A stretch of DNA of 64,000 nucleotides, from positions 167,715 to 231,714 of the IMG/VR virus record IMGVR_UViG_3300009031_000368, one strand, 5' to 3'. Under the pieces are notes generated by a model that had not been told where the DNA came from, did no database searches, and saw only the letters and a list, made by a program, of their open reading frames with translations. Source of the DNA: a virus. Lineage: Duplodnaviria > Caudoviricetes. Positions within the stretch are counted from its first letter, which is position 1; every line of letters starts with the position of its first letter. The position numbers and the translations under genes were made by a program. This document shows, one piece after another, positions 28,476-38,307 of this stretch.

Positions 28476-30761
28476 TCAGCAGGCAGTTTCTTTCTGAGAA
28501 AGACGAACGATGAAGCGCTGTCCGTCAACCGTAATTACCGTTTCATCCTGACGTGCCTGGAATTCTGGCTCCTCAAAAGTTTCCTGTGAGAGCATCACGG
28601 CAAACTTCCAGGTCTGAATTTCCCTGCGAAGCTCCTTTAGCTGATTTTCAAGATGACGAATATAGCCGTTGAGCCAGTCCAGCCTCATCTGTCGCTTCAT
28701 GTCTGGCGTACCGGCCATCGTGCCGATCTTCTGAGCGGTTGGAGCATACTCTTTGATCCCTTCGACCAGATATTCCTGCCTGGTAAATGTACCAACACGG
28801 AAATTCTCTTCCATCTTCTTGTTGATGACTTCCAGCGCACCAGTTTCTCGATCGAACTTAACCTTCTTGTCCAGAACATCACTCATAGCGGCTGGACTGG
28901 CAAACCCATCCATCACGACATCAAACTCAACAGCAAGATACTTATCCTCAGCGACACCCGGTTCGGTGGCAGGCTGAAACGTAAGCTTACCGCCCTTACC
29001 TGGCTTCAGGTAATGCTTGGCCAACAGGTCCGCACGTTCAGCGCCAATTGATTCGACAAGAGCTGTCTTTGCTGTTTCAGCCTTTGTCTCGATTTCATCT
29101 CGGAAGAACCTAAGCGCTCGCAGCTTACTCTCCAGCTCAAACTCGTTCTTGATGAGTCGGCACAAGCCGCTCGCCTGATTCTTACCTGTCGTCATTGCCT
29201 CATTGACAAGCGGCAGTCTATCCAGATAGACCGAGTACACTGTTCCGGCCACATACTGTTCATCAGCATCAATAGCGCCTTCCTGGCGAAGCTTAAGGAA
29301 TGAGGATTCAGACATGCTGACAGGAAGCAGCTTAACGTTCATTCCGCCATCACATACAATAAGATAGTTCTTATTGATGATGGCTTCAACGGTTTCGCCG
29401 GTTGACAGCGTGACGTTAACCTTACGCTCTGCGAACACCGATACATTGATTCGACTCTTGTTGAACGTCATCTTGTTGAACGGCGTTCCTTCATCAACGT
29501 ATCGATACTTAGGAACGTCGTGCAAGTAATTGCGCGGGGCAGTCCTGGTCTTATACGTAAAACGCGGGTCCGTAAAATGGATCTTCGCCAGAGGATCAGT
29601 AGTCAGCAGATGAAACATCTCAACAAGATTGAAGGCATTCGGGTTACCGCCGTAATCCACATCCCGTCCACTGGCAAACCGCTTACTTGGGTTAAATGCC
29701 ATAAACGTCACCCGCTGTTCTGCCGTGCCGAATTCTGCCAGCGTGCGTGCATTCTGGAACGCCTTGATGACATCACAGTCACCGATAGTTCGGAAAACAG
29801 CCTTGGCATCACGGGTACGGTTCTTCTGGCTTAGAATGACGCCGAGGCTATACGATGCCTTGACGAGAGATTCAAGCTTGGAATCACCAGACACAGACGC
29901 ATCAGTAAACGTCGATTCCTTGATGCCGGTAGGACGACGATTGGTCAACGTGTAAACATGATCGACCTTACGCATCGGATTGATTCGCGTCTTATCGTCA
30001 TCGGAAACAGGCAGCATATTAAACTGCTTACGTCCAACGTAGAATGTAATGTCATGTTCGGACGGCCACTGAAGATCAACCGATACACCGTCAGCCACTT
30101 CATCCTTCACGTCCAGCGTATCGGTTACAGTTGTCGTGAACTGCTTGATCTCATTGGCATGGGCAAATGTAGCGCCCATAGCCTGACTGAGATCGGCAAG
30201 AAGAGTCTTATTATAATAATCGCCATAGCCGACGACCGTTTTCAGCTTAAATGAACTTCCAATCTCAGCAGCCAGGCGAAGCTGAACGGAACGACCTTCG
30301 TCGTCGTTTGGATAACCATCGGTCAGAAACATATACACGGCGTCATCGTAAACTGATGAAAACTTGTCACGAATGGCTACGGCCTTCCGCATACCATCGG
30401 TGTAATTGGTGCAGCCTCGCGTATACATGTTATCGATCTGTCGTTCAATAAACACATAGTCGGCCGCATCGGTAATCTTGTATGCTTCCAGCGCGACCTT
30501 AAGATCGCCGCGTGACGCAAAGTGCATCACGGTAACGGCGTCACCAACACGGAGCTGCCTTACGATACGCTTCATATCGTTTTTCAGATCGCGCTCACTA
30601 CCATACATTGAACCAGAAAAATCCAGCTGAAAGATGATATGGGTCTTACGATTCACGACAACCGGGACATCAACGACAGCCACTTCTGGCCTGGCAACAT
30701 CCTGCTCGACCAGCCAATAGGCCAGACCATCACGAGAAAACGCCTTAATAAACCTTGGCAT
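28476..30761 (-). CDS. vWA (MIDAS) domain protein with long C-terminal region
   Basis: IFQLDFSGSM (DxSxS), T in RGCTNY, MFLTDG; AAGGA RBS; own promoter 30801-30828. Confidence 0.88.
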   Translation of the reverse strand: MPRFIKAFSRDGLAYWLVEQDVARPEVAVVDVPVVVNRKTHIIFQLDFSGSMYGSERDLKNDMKRIVRQLRVGDAVTVMHFASRGDLKVALEAYKITDAADYVFIERQIDNMYTRGCTNYTDGMRKAVAIRDKFSSVYDDAVYMFLTDGYPNDDEGRSVQLRLAAEIGSSFKLKTVVGYGDYYNKTLLADLSQAMGATFAHANEIKQFTTTVTDTLDVKDEVADGVSVDLQWPSEHDITFYVGRKQFNMLPVSDDDKTRINPMRKVDHVYTLTNRRPTGIKESTFTDASVSGDSKLESLVKASYSLGVILSQKNRTRDAKAVFRTIGDCDVIKAFQNARTLAEFGTAEQRVTFMAFNPSKRFASGRDVDYGGNPNAFNLVEMFHLLTTDPLAKIHFTDPRFTYKTRTAPRNYLHDVPKYRYVDEGTPFNKMTFNKSRINVSVFAERKVNVTLSTGETVEAIINKNYLIVCDGGMNVKLLPVSMSESSFLKLRQEGAIDADEQYVAGTVYSVYLDRLPLVNEAMTTGKNQASGLCRLIKNEFELESKLRALRFFRDEIETKAETAKTALVESIGAERADLLAKHYLKPGKGGKLTFQPATEPGVAEDKYLAVEFDVVMDGFASPAAMSDVLDKKVKFDRETGALEVINKKMEENFRVGTFTRQEYLVEGIKEYAPTAQKIGTMAGTPDMKRQMRLDWLNGYIRHLENQLKELRREIQTWKFAVMLSQETFEEPEFQARQDETVITVDGQRFIVRLSQKETAC

Positions 30762-30843
30762 AGCTATCCTTTCATCATTGTTTGTGTAAAACCACATCGC
30801 ATGTTATCACAACACACGAATTTGTCAAACTAAATATCGAAAA

Positions 30844-31215
30844 TCATTCCTGCCATGCGTTAACGTACAGGTAGCCATAACTGGCATTCGGACTGGCCGT
30901 CAGGTGATACTTGCCGTCATGGATTTCTATAACCGCGTCACTGTTTGGCGGGATGCCTTCGTCCAGAAGACGCTTTTTGAGCTGCCGCAATGCCTTTCCG
31001 TTCAGCCAGTCGATGAATGGAAATCGGCTAATTCCATCATCCACATGAAGACTACACCGATCTCGAAGGAAATCAAGACCAATTTCCGTTTTGTAATCGG
31101 TATGGTTTCCACGGTTTTTACGCTGAACCGGCACCGATCGCATCTGATAAATGGCTCTCGCGCCATACTCTACCGGATGCTTTTCCGGGCACTTCATCCA
31201 CCAGGATACCAACAT
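30844..31215 (-). CDS. hypothetical protein
   Basis: ORF in gene string. Confidence 0.6.
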   Translation of the reverse strand: MLVSWWMKCPEKHPVEYGARAIYQMRSVPVQRKNRGNHTDYKTEIGLDFLRDRCSLHVDDGISRFPFIDWLNGKALRQLKKRLLDEGIPPNSDAVIEIHDGKYHLTASPNASYGYLYVNAWQE

Positions 31216-31218
31216 AAT

Positions 31219-31491
31219 TTACCTCATTTTAACGTAACGATCTTTAACGATCGGCCCAAATCCACCTGCCCATGCGAACAACTGGTCAAGCGTAAACCAT
31301 CCATACCGGTACTTATCTTGTTCACACGGATTCAGCCAAAACATCTGTCGGCCAGACGGTTCAACTACAGCCCAATGGAGCGAAAAGAACCCTAGATCTA
31401 GCGGAGATGTCTTAATGGCAGAATACAATCCACTGCTTTCCAGATACTCCGTTGCATCGAACTTTTCAACAGTATTGACTTTCATATCCAC
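31219..31491 (-). CDS. hypothetical protein
   Basis: ORF in gene string. Confidence 0.6.
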   Translation of the reverse strand: MDMKVNTVEKFDATEYLESSGLYSAIKTSPLDLGFFSLHWAVVEPSGRQMFWLNPCEQDKYRYGWFTLDQLFAWAGGFGPIVKDRYVKMR

Positions 31492-31494
31492 GAT

Positions 31495-31848
31495 CTACCT
31501 CAGCGCATACGCCATATCCCAAAATCGAAAACTGCCACGAATTGATTCCGAGAATTTCAGTCCTCCATCAATCTCAATATACCAATCTCCGGGATTGCCG
31601 ATGTGCTGAGAACGAACAATAAGCTTCATTTCGCCGTGACATGATGTTGTAATGCCATATCTCAACCTCTGTTCGGATGAACACCAAAAATCATTATTTG
31701 CTAGTTTGAATGCTTCAGCAAGCTTTGTGGATTCCTCAGCAGTCAGCAATAGCTGAATAGCAAACCGTTGACTGATTTGCACAACATCTCCGACTCGCTC
31801 AACGATAACATCATCATAACCGTTTGACTGCGATACTCTAGATATCAT
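31495..31848 (-). CDS. hypothetical protein
   Basis: The track start lies inside the -35 box, so the start was moved to MISRVS. Confidence 0.55.
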   Translation of the reverse strand: MISRVSQSNGYDDVIVERVGDVVQISQRFAIQLLLTAEESTKLAEAFKLANNDFWCSSEQRLRYGITTSCHGEMKLIVRSQHIGNPGDWYIEIDGGLKFSESIRGSFRFWDMAYALR

Positions 31849-31882
31849 GCGGCATTTCTCCCTTCTCCCATGTTTGAACAAC

Positions 31883-31911
31883 ATGATAGCACGACGATGG
31901 CTGGTTGTCAA
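31883..31911 (-). promoter_or_regulatory. sigma70-type promoter
   Basis: TTGACA-17 nt-TATCAT. Confidence 0.85.
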
Positions 31912-31921
31912 GAGAAAATTC

Positions 31922-32524
31922 TTAAATTTGTGCGTGATGGGCTTCTGATGTGAATTGTGGTAGAGTGTTTAGGCGTTCAAGGATCTCTGGGATGCTGACA
32001 GGTCGGTAATCCCAACAGTCAACACCGACATCTGTCTGTTGGCTATTGCCAGGCATGTTACCGTGACAATGTCCGTGAAGATTGATGGAGCCTCTGTGAG
32101 ATTTGTTCCATTGGCGAAAAGGATAATGGCTCAATACAAACATTTGACCGTCAACCGTGATTTCGCGATAATCAGAGATTGACGCAAAACCAAGTTGACC
32201 AACGACAGCACCATCTCTGTTCTTCGTTTTCCCAGCACAAAGCTTTTGAGCCTTCATGATTTCCGAATTTTCATCATGATGCCGGTCATGATTTCCACGA
32301 ATCAGATGAATGGTGCCGTTCAGCTGTTCCAATAGTTCGACTATTTTGTTTGCATTACAAAATGCAAAATCGCCTAAATGCCAGATAGAGTCAGAACTAC
32401 TCACCACACTGTTCCAACCAGCAATCAATTGTTGATTCATCTCTTCAACAGAGTCAAATGGTCTATTGCAGTATTTCAAAATATTTTTGTGAAAAAAATG
32501 CGTGTCGGCGCTTGCGTAAATCAT
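31922..32524 (-). CDS. calcineurin-like metallophosphoesterase
   Basis: DTHFFH, HLGDF, IRGNHD, LSHYP, LHGHCH, DVGVD. Confidence 0.92.
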   Translation of the reverse strand: MIYASADTHFFHKNILKYCNRPFDSVEEMNQQLIAGWNSVVSSSDSIWHLGDFAFCNANKIVELLEQLNGTIHLIRGNHDRHHDENSEIMKAQKLCAGKTKNRDGAVVGQLGFASISDYREITVDGQMFVLSHYPFRQWNKSHRGSINLHGHCHGNMPGNSQQTDVGVDCWDYRPVSIPEILERLNTLPQFTSEAHHAQI

Positions 32525-32574
32525 AGAATCTTACCATTCATCAACAATGTCATCTAATTCGTCATAGAGTTCAA

Positions 32575-32985
32575 TTATCTATCGTAGTAACAACAGATGT
32601 CACCATCTTGAGAAGTTTTAATTGGCTTTGGCCGGCGTTCATTGTCGATATTGACGTAAACGAATGTCGCCTCCGTCACCTTGAGTGATGCTTCACCATA
32701 CACTTGCGAGTTAGATACATCTGCTTTCACTGATACTGTAACGGAAGTCCGGCCGATACGTTCAACCCGTGACCAATATGTCACAACATCACCAACATGT
32801 ACCGGCTCCTTGAACACAAAGTCACTGACCTGAACCGTAACCACCTTATCTGGACAAACTGTTTTCGCAGCTTCTGCACCCGCTAGGTCCATGTCGGCCA
32901 TCAGGATACCACCGAAGATGATACCGTTAGGATTGGTGTCGCGCGGCATCATTGTTTTCTTCTGTGCCAGAATCCATTCACTCAT
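32575..32985 (-). CDS. acyl-CoA thioesterase (hotdog fold, YciA-like)
   Basis: MPRDTNPNGIIFGGILMADMD, FKEPVHVGD, IGRTSVTV, FVYVNID. Confidence 0.9.
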   Translation of the reverse strand: MSEWILAQKKTMMPRDTNPNGIIFGGILMADMDLAGAEAAKTVCPDKVVTVQVSDFVFKEPVHVGDVVTYWSRVERIGRTSVTVSVKADVSNSQVYGEASLKVTEATFVYVNIDNERRPKPIKTSQDGDICCYYDR

Positions 32986-33508
32986 TTAATTTTATCTCTT
33001 TCATATAGTCATCTACGATTGACTGCAAGTGTTCGGCCAATTCTCTTTGATGACTGTTTTGTTCTTTTGGTGAAACATGCTGGTTGTTGAGAAGTTCTAC
33101 CAAGCTATCATATTCTGATTGCAACCTGGTTCGCTTTATGGCAATATCATCAAGTCTCGCTAAGACGCTTGCCGTGACCTTTGCAACATCTGGAACAGGA
33201 ACAATCTTCTTTCCGGATTTCAAATCTTCCAGCAAGCCGCTTAGATTATATTCCTTCTTATACAGTACCCGGATGCAGTTGGAGACTCGTTGCAAGTCTT
33301 TTTGTTTTTTGGCATAATGAACTATGTTTCTCACTTCTAAGAATTGACTAGCGTCGCATTTCTGGCTCTCTTCGTTTAGTTTCATGACCAATTCATTGTG
33401 TCGTCCGTCGCTGTAGACGACACAACCCACGAAGACATTGTCACGCAAGTCTCGAAGAGACCTGGCAATAGTGATAAATTTTAAATACTCTGACATGATG
33501 GCAAACAT
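32978..33508 (-). CDS. hypothetical protein, tandem paralogue A
   Basis: Shares ARS..LR..V..G..VYSDG.H..LV..LN and LL.DLK.GKK..VPD..KV.ASV with the next gene. Confidence 0.75.
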   Translation of the reverse strand: MFAIMSEYLKFITIARSLRDLRDNVFVGCVVYSDGRHNELVMKLNEESQKCDASQFLEVRNIVHYAKKQKDLQRVSNCIRVLYKKEYNLSGLLEDLKSGKKIVPVPDVAKVTASVLARLDDIAIKRTRLQSEYDSLVELLNNQHVSPKEQNSHQRELAEHLQSIVDDYMKEIKLNE

Positions 33509-34032
33509 AGCCCCTCACAGTATTCATCAATGATTGATTGCAACGATTCAGTCAAATCTTCTTTTAGGATGATGATATTGTCAAATTCTACCCGCGAGGA
33601 TTGAAGCTTTTCAAATAAAACATCATATTCAGCCTGGAATGAAGAACGCTGTTCAGCTGCAACCTCAAGTTTTCCAACAACACTTGCCATTACTTTTTCG
33701 ATATCTGGAACGGCTTTCTTGCCAGTCTTTAATTCGTCAAGCAATGTCTGTAACTTATATTCTTTTGTCACTAGACGCTTGATACAATCCGATATGCGCA
33801 ATAGCTCTTTTTCTGTCGCGGCTTTACATGCTATCCTTGCATCGCTACGGGATTTAATCATCGCTCCAAATTCGGCACTAGCCAGATTTAGTCTAACGAC
33901 AAGATCGTGATGATTCCCATCACTATAAACTATATGTCCTGGCGCTACGTCCATCCGCAATTCATCAAACGAACGCGCTACGCTAAAAACATATGATTCA
34001 GCCGAATCGATTATAAACATAAAATGACTCAC
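33481..34032 (-). CDS. hypothetical protein, tandem paralogue B
   Basis: See paralogue A. Confidence 0.75.
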   Translation of the reverse strand: MSHFMFIIDSAESYVFSVARSFDELRMDVAPGHIVYSDGNHHDLVVRLNLASAEFGAMIKSRSDARIACKAATEKELLRISDCIKRLVTKEYKLQTLLDELKTGKKAVPDIEKVMASVVGKLEVAAEQRSSFQAEYDVLFEKLQSSRVEFDNIIILKEDLTESLQSIIDEYCEGLCLPSCQSI

Positions 34033-34063
34033 ATAATGTTTAACGGTGTAATCTCACAACATG

Positions 34064-34645
34064 TCAGATTTTTCTTCGTATACCGGTTAGAAGCCAACGA
34101 TCTCGTTCCTGCCTGTCTTCCAGCCACCGTTCATCACTGTGAACCGTCTGAATGCTTTTAAACACGTCATCGATAACGGCCCATTCTGGTAACATATCAC
34201 GACTTCGTAATTCGTCAAGGAGAAATTCTACAACCAGACTGTTGGGGCAATGCCATTTCGATTCAATGATGTGATTCCAAAGTTCCCTATCGTTATTGAT
34301 GGCAGACCACGCTAACCCGACCGATGCCGACCTGCAGATACCGGCCCAACAATGAACTGCAAGAATGCAATCAATTGCGCACGCCTGATGCAAGACATCG
34401 ATGATTTCGGTTGCATGATGCCGCGACATAACGTTGGTGCCAGAGGTTTCGTCATCGAAAAAGAACCTGTGCTCCGATAATACGTTAACCAGACACAGCT
34501 CTTTGAATTCTTTTCCGACGTCAGAAATCCTGACAACGACTACCGGTTTATCGGCACGAGTAAAATCTGTCACCGCCGCTTTATTGTGCGACATGATCAA
34601 CAGATCGTGACAGGCCATGAAGTTCATGTGGGTTTTAAACGTCAT
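34064..34645 (-). CDS. protein tyrosine/dual-specificity phosphatase-like protein
   Basis: VHCWAGICRS (HCx5R P-loop), FFDD acid loop, PNSLVV. Confidence 0.85.
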   Translation of the reverse strand: MTFKTHMNFMACHDLLIMSHNKAAVTDFTRADKPVVVVRISDVGKEFKELCLVNVLSEHRFFFDDETSGTNVMSRHHATEIIDVLHQACAIDCILAVHCWAGICRSASVGLAWSAINNDRELWNHIIESKWHCPNSLVVEFLLDELRSRDMLPEWAVIDDVFKSIQTVHSDERWLEDRQERDRWLLTGIRRKI

Positions 34646-35148
34646 CAGTCTTCCTTCAGTCCATCGGCGAACGCCTGAATCCTGTTTCGGATTTCAACGT
34701 TCATTAACGCGATACTCATTTCGATTTCGCCTAACAGTCTGGCCAGATGCTGTCGTCCATTTTCAATCTGTTTCTGCTTTGACTTTAACGCGCGAATTTC
34801 ATCCATCGCCGACTGCTTGGCGGTATCAGATCTGTTTTTGCGATAACCGGCTTCGCTGATTACCGAATTGGTGGCTCGAATCTCTGCGCTGTTTTGTCTC
34901 GTCTGTATGGACAACTGGATACGTTTATCCTGCAAATCATCCATTTGCTGTGCATACTCAGTTCTAATCTGCATGGATGCTTCGTTAAGTTCTGAACGAG
35001 GAATCAATAGCTCGTTCTCTTCAACGACTCCAGCAATACGATAGATGATGTCATCATAAGATGATTGCGTCAAAAGTTCACCGAACGTATCACACTCAAT
35101 AAAGCTGGTGTCGCCATCATCGTAACGTTTAACGATTAGATACTTCAT
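34645..35148 (-). CDS. coiled-coil hypothetical protein
   Basis: Long heptad region. Confidence 0.65.
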   Translation of the reverse strand: MKYLIVKRYDDGDTSFIECDTFGELLTQSSYDDIIYRIAGVVEENELLIPRSELNEASMQIRTEYAQQMDDLQDKRIQLSIQTRQNSAEIRATNSVISEAGYRKNRSDTAKQSAMDEIRALKSKQKQIENGRQHLARLLGEIEMSIALMNVEIRNRIQAFADGLKED

Positions 35149-35204
35149 GTTATAATCCTGTCATGTTTAGTGACAAAATTCACTTTAGTTATTGATGAGA
35201 AGCC

Positions 35205-35453
35205 TTATGCGTTGAAGCTACTCCTAAACTTTGGCATTACGTAAAACGTCTCGCTATCCGCATCTCGCAGATATCCATTCTTTACAAGAATGTCAGCGAT
35301 ATACGTTGGACGGACAAAATGTGCTCTACCTGGATTCTGCCGTTCCAATCTGCCAATCACTACAATAAAGTCGTGATACTGTTCAAACAATTCGGCAGAC
35401 GTTTTTTGATGTTTGGCACAATATTTGTTTGGACGATTCTTCCTGGCTGGCAT
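35205..35453 (-). CDS. hypothetical protein
   Basis: ORF in gene string. Confidence 0.5.
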   Translation of the reverse strand: MPARKNRPNKYCAKHQKTSAELFEQYHDFIVVIGRLERQNPGRAHFVRPTYIADILVKNGYLRDADSETFYVMPKFRSSFNA

Positions 35454-35785
35454 TATTTCTCATCCTTGGGATTGTAAAGCCGTGTTTCGCGACCATTCAA
35501 TCCTTCACCTAGACTGGTTTCGAGTAATCCCTTACGGACAAGTGCAGTCAGCTTATTTTGAATCGAAACAACATACAACGGCTTCAACCGCTCAGACACA
35601 TCCAACACTTCAGCAATGTAGGTTGCCGTGATACGCGGCTCACGCTGCTTGATGCCTTGCCATCTGGCCTTACGCCACTGACGATACGACTCAGTAACAA
35701 ACTCAAGGATTCTGGCTTCGCTTGTGTCCCGATGAACCTTGGTTCTATCTGCCGAAGACAACACCGACATATGCTTCACTGCCAT
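35453..35785 (-). CDS. winged-helix DNA-binding protein
   Basis: EARILEFV...ITATYIAEVL...IQNKLTALVRKGLLE; GGAGG RBS. Confidence 0.55.
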   Translation of the reverse strand: MAVKHMSVLSSADRTKVHRDTSEARILEFVTESYRQWRKARWQGIKQREPRITATYIAEVLDVSERLKPLYVVSIQNKLTALVRKGLLETSLGEGLNGRETRLYNPKDEK

Positions 35786-35809
35786 AACAGCCTCCTTGAT
35801 TTTAAAGAC

Positions 35810-35838
35810 ATAATATCACCGGATGGCGGGATTGTCAA
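35810..35838 (-). promoter_or_regulatory. sigma70-type promoter
   Basis: TTGACA-17 nt-TATTAT. Confidence 0.85.
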
Positions 35839-35858
35839 GAGAAATCTAAAAGCCTCAA

Positions 35859-36188
35859 TCAATTGGTCTGCCGCCAAACCACATCCATGCCGGTGACTTT
35901 TCCGTCCTTCGCATTCATCAACTTCATACCGCCCCGCTTACCGATGATGATATGACGACGAACGCCAAAAATCGTCATCGTGTATTCACTCCAATCTTTG
36001 CGCCCTACGACCGTCACAAGAGACACGAAATACTTATGCTCTTTAACTTCAAAGCATCCGTAGCAATACTCGTCAGGACGATTAAGGCCATCATGCTTAA
36101 GGATTGCTGTCTTCAGGTACTCCAACATCTCTGCCTGTGACTTCGTCATCGCCTTGCTCCTCCGTGGGAGAACATCGTCAACCATCAA
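35859..36188 (-). CDS. hypothetical protein
   Basis: Start probably MTKSQ after GGAG. Confidence 0.6.
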   Translation of the reverse strand: MMVDDVLPRRSKAMTKSQAEMLEYLKTAILKHDGLNRPDEYCYGCFEVKEHKYFVSLVTVVGRKDWSEYTMTIFGVRRHIIIGKRGGMKLMNAKDGKVTGMDVVWRQTN

Positions 36189-36197
36189 CTACATGAC

Positions 36198-36226
36198 AGT
36201 ATAGGGCATGATGAATCAAAAGTCAA
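36198..36226 (-). promoter_or_regulatory. sigma70-type promoter
   Basis: TTGACT-17 nt-TATACT. Confidence 0.85.
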
Positions 36227-36233
36227 GCGGAAT

Positions 36234-36623
36234 TTAAGAATTCATCATGAATGCCGTTACGATTGCCAAAAGCATATCCAGCATGGCTTTATCGGCAAAG
36301 TCGGTATCGTCATTATTGTCGAGAAGATTGTATCTCAACATCGATACATTACCTCTGGCGTCAGCGATATCGGTCTGGTTCAAGCTCTTTCTAATCCCAA
36401 TACGTGATGCCAATTCAAAGATCTCGTCCGCTCTAACCGGGCGAGCTTCCGTGAAATTGTGCCCCGGATAGCTGTGATTGAAACATGCGATGTTGGCTAC
36501 CGAATACCTGGCAAGCATTTCGGACGCGCGTCGCATCGTGCCTTGGTTATGGCCAGGAGACCATTTGCTCGCGATTAGGGCAATATGCGCATACTCGGTA
36601 ACCGAATGAAAGCGAACCGACAT
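36234..36623 (-). CDS. hypothetical protein
   Basis: GGAGG RBS; downstream of promoter 36656-36683. Confidence 0.65.
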   Translation of the reverse strand: MSVRFHSVTEYAHIALIASKWSPGHNQGTMRRASEMLARYSVANIACFNHSYPGHNFTEARPVRADEIFELASRIGIRKSLNQTDIADARGNVSMLRYNLLDNNDDTDFADKAMLDMLLAIVTAFMMNS

Positions 36624-36655
36624 AACCAGCCTCCATGTTGGAAATCATGGTAGGC

Positions 36656-36683
36656 ATTATAGCATGTAGATATTAAATGTCAA
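36656..36683 (-). promoter_or_regulatory. sigma70-type promoter
   Basis: TTGACA-16 nt-TATAAT with extended -10 TG. Confidence 0.8.
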
Positions 36684-36789
36684 GATGAAATTACATGGAT
36701 GATGGAATTTCTATCCCGATGATGCCGGTTACCGTTAGAATGGTGCGGCATTCTCGTACGGTATGATTTCCATGTTGTTTGATGCATTT

Positions 36790-37443
36790 TTACAGCTTAG
36801 GTTCTTTCTTAAAGTACGTACCTGCTACGCCGATCGTTCCATGTAACGTTTGATTAACTGGATGGTATGCGGCCCAAACATCATCATCGTAATGGTTACA
36901 GATGGCGTTATGGTGAAACGGTATAGCATCCAGTCTCACCGGCATGAAATGATTTGCATCAACACCGACGTTTAACATATTGAGCTGGACGCGCCAGGTG
37001 TTGTGGACATGGCCGACAAGATTGAAAACATCCGGCTTTGCGCATGATGGATAATGTGTCATCCAACAATTGATACCGGCAACATCAACGTGTGAGCCAT
37101 CACCTTCTGGAATTATTTCTGTGAAATAACGTTTAAGCTGTTCGTCGGTAAATTGTCTGTCGTGATTACCACGAATCAAAATCTTGTCACCGTTGAATGT
37201 TTCAATCAGTGGTAGGAATTCGGGATTTCCGTTATTGACCATATCTCCCAGGCAATACACGACATCACCAGGATTCACCATGCTGTTGTGGTTGTCTCTC
37301 AACGTTGAAATGAAGTCTTCCACATACCGGAATGGCCTACCCAGAATGATGAATCGACTATCTCCAAGGTGCCAATCTGATGTAACAAAACTAGCCATCT
37401 GTATTCCTTCCCAGCCGTTTAGCGTTAGATGCCTTTCTGGCAA
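36790..37443 (-). CDS. second calcineurin-like metallophosphoesterase
   Basis: SDWHLG, CLGDM, IRGNHD, MTHYP, GHVH, NVGVD. Confidence 0.9.
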   Translation of the reverse strand: MPERHLTLNGWEGIQMASFVTSDWHLGDSRFIILGRPFRYVEDFISTLRDNHNSMVNPGDVVYCLGDMVNNGNPEFLPLIETFNGDKILIRGNHDRQFTDEQLKRYFTEIIPEGDGSHVDVAGINCWMTHYPSCAKPDVFNLVGHVHNTWRVQLNMLNVGVDANHFMPVRLDAIPFHHNAICNHYDDDVWAAYHPVNQTLHGTIGVAGTYFKKEPKL

Positions 37444-37840
37444 TCAACATGTTTTTATATGTGTTGATCTTCATGGCTTTACGTATTTCACGTAAGTCTT
37501 TTTCAGTTTCATGCTGGTTATACCTGTCATTGACGGTGTCTTCACTCAGATGTTGCGACACACCGTCTGATCCATAACGCTTTGCCAGGCAGACGATATG
37601 TCGTAGCTTTTCAGGCTGAAATTCAAGCAACTTTTCAAGTCGATATGAAGCCCTTACGACTGAAAAGTTACGACCAACCGCTTCGCCGACCACTACCTTG
37701 CAGCCAAGCCAAAACTCCCAATGATTGACAGGAGTAGTGAATTCCCATGCACCATCCAGTAATTCGTCAATTACGACATATTCCCAGATTGCCTTCTGGA
37801 TGTCGGTTCTGAGCGTAAGTGTAGGATCAAAACGATTCAT
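37391..37840 (-). CDS. hypothetical protein
   Basis: ORF in operon. Confidence 0.6.
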   Translation of the reverse strand: MNRFDPTLTLRTDIQKAIWEYVVIDELLDGAWEFTTPVNHWEFWLGCKVVVGEAVGRNFSVVRASYRLEKLLEFQPEKLRHIVCLAKRYGSDGVSQHLSEDTVNDRYNQHETEKDLREIRKAMKINTYKNMLIARKASNAKRLGRNTDG

Positions 37841-38307
37841 GTCAATCCACCTTTTGTTGCTTCTATCGCGGCCGATAGCAACTGCTTTAAGTCGTTAAAC
37901 GGTTCCCGTTTATTCCCAGTAGCCTTTCGGTAAAGCCAATCCAGATATCTGTTGTTTGGTGCATTATCTGGTCGACCATATATAGAACGACCACCAGTTA
38001 CCCACAATCCAAATTCACAATTGGTAGTAAGGGCAGGCATCGTCTTCATATCGCGCGGAATCCAAAAGGCAATCACCGAACATTCGGAAAGTCCTTTGTA
38101 TTCCCATTCCACTTGATCGAGGTAATCAAAATTAACCCAATCCTTACGCTCTGGCACCAATACCTGTCCGGTATATTGTAACTCTTCCAATATAGCTAAC
38201 GCGCCAGGACGCCATGACGGTACATCGTGACTTCTCGGTGTCGGCCCAGCCAGAAATATACTTGGGGTTTGAACCTCAAGGTATTGATCTGAGTATACGA
38301 CGTTCAT
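37837..38307 (-). CDS. nucleoside 2-deoxyribosyltransferase-like protein
   Basis: SIFLAGPTPR...SWR...DQVEWE...VIAFW...TTNCEFG. Confidence 0.85.
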   Translation of the reverse strand: MNVVYSDQYLEVQTPSIFLAGPTPRSHDVPSWRPGALAILEELQYTGQVLVPERKDWVNFDYLDQVEWEYKGLSECSVIAFWIPRDMKTMPALTTNCEFGLWVTGGRSIYGRPDNAPNNRYLDWLYRKATGNKREPFNDLKQLLSAAIEATKGGLT

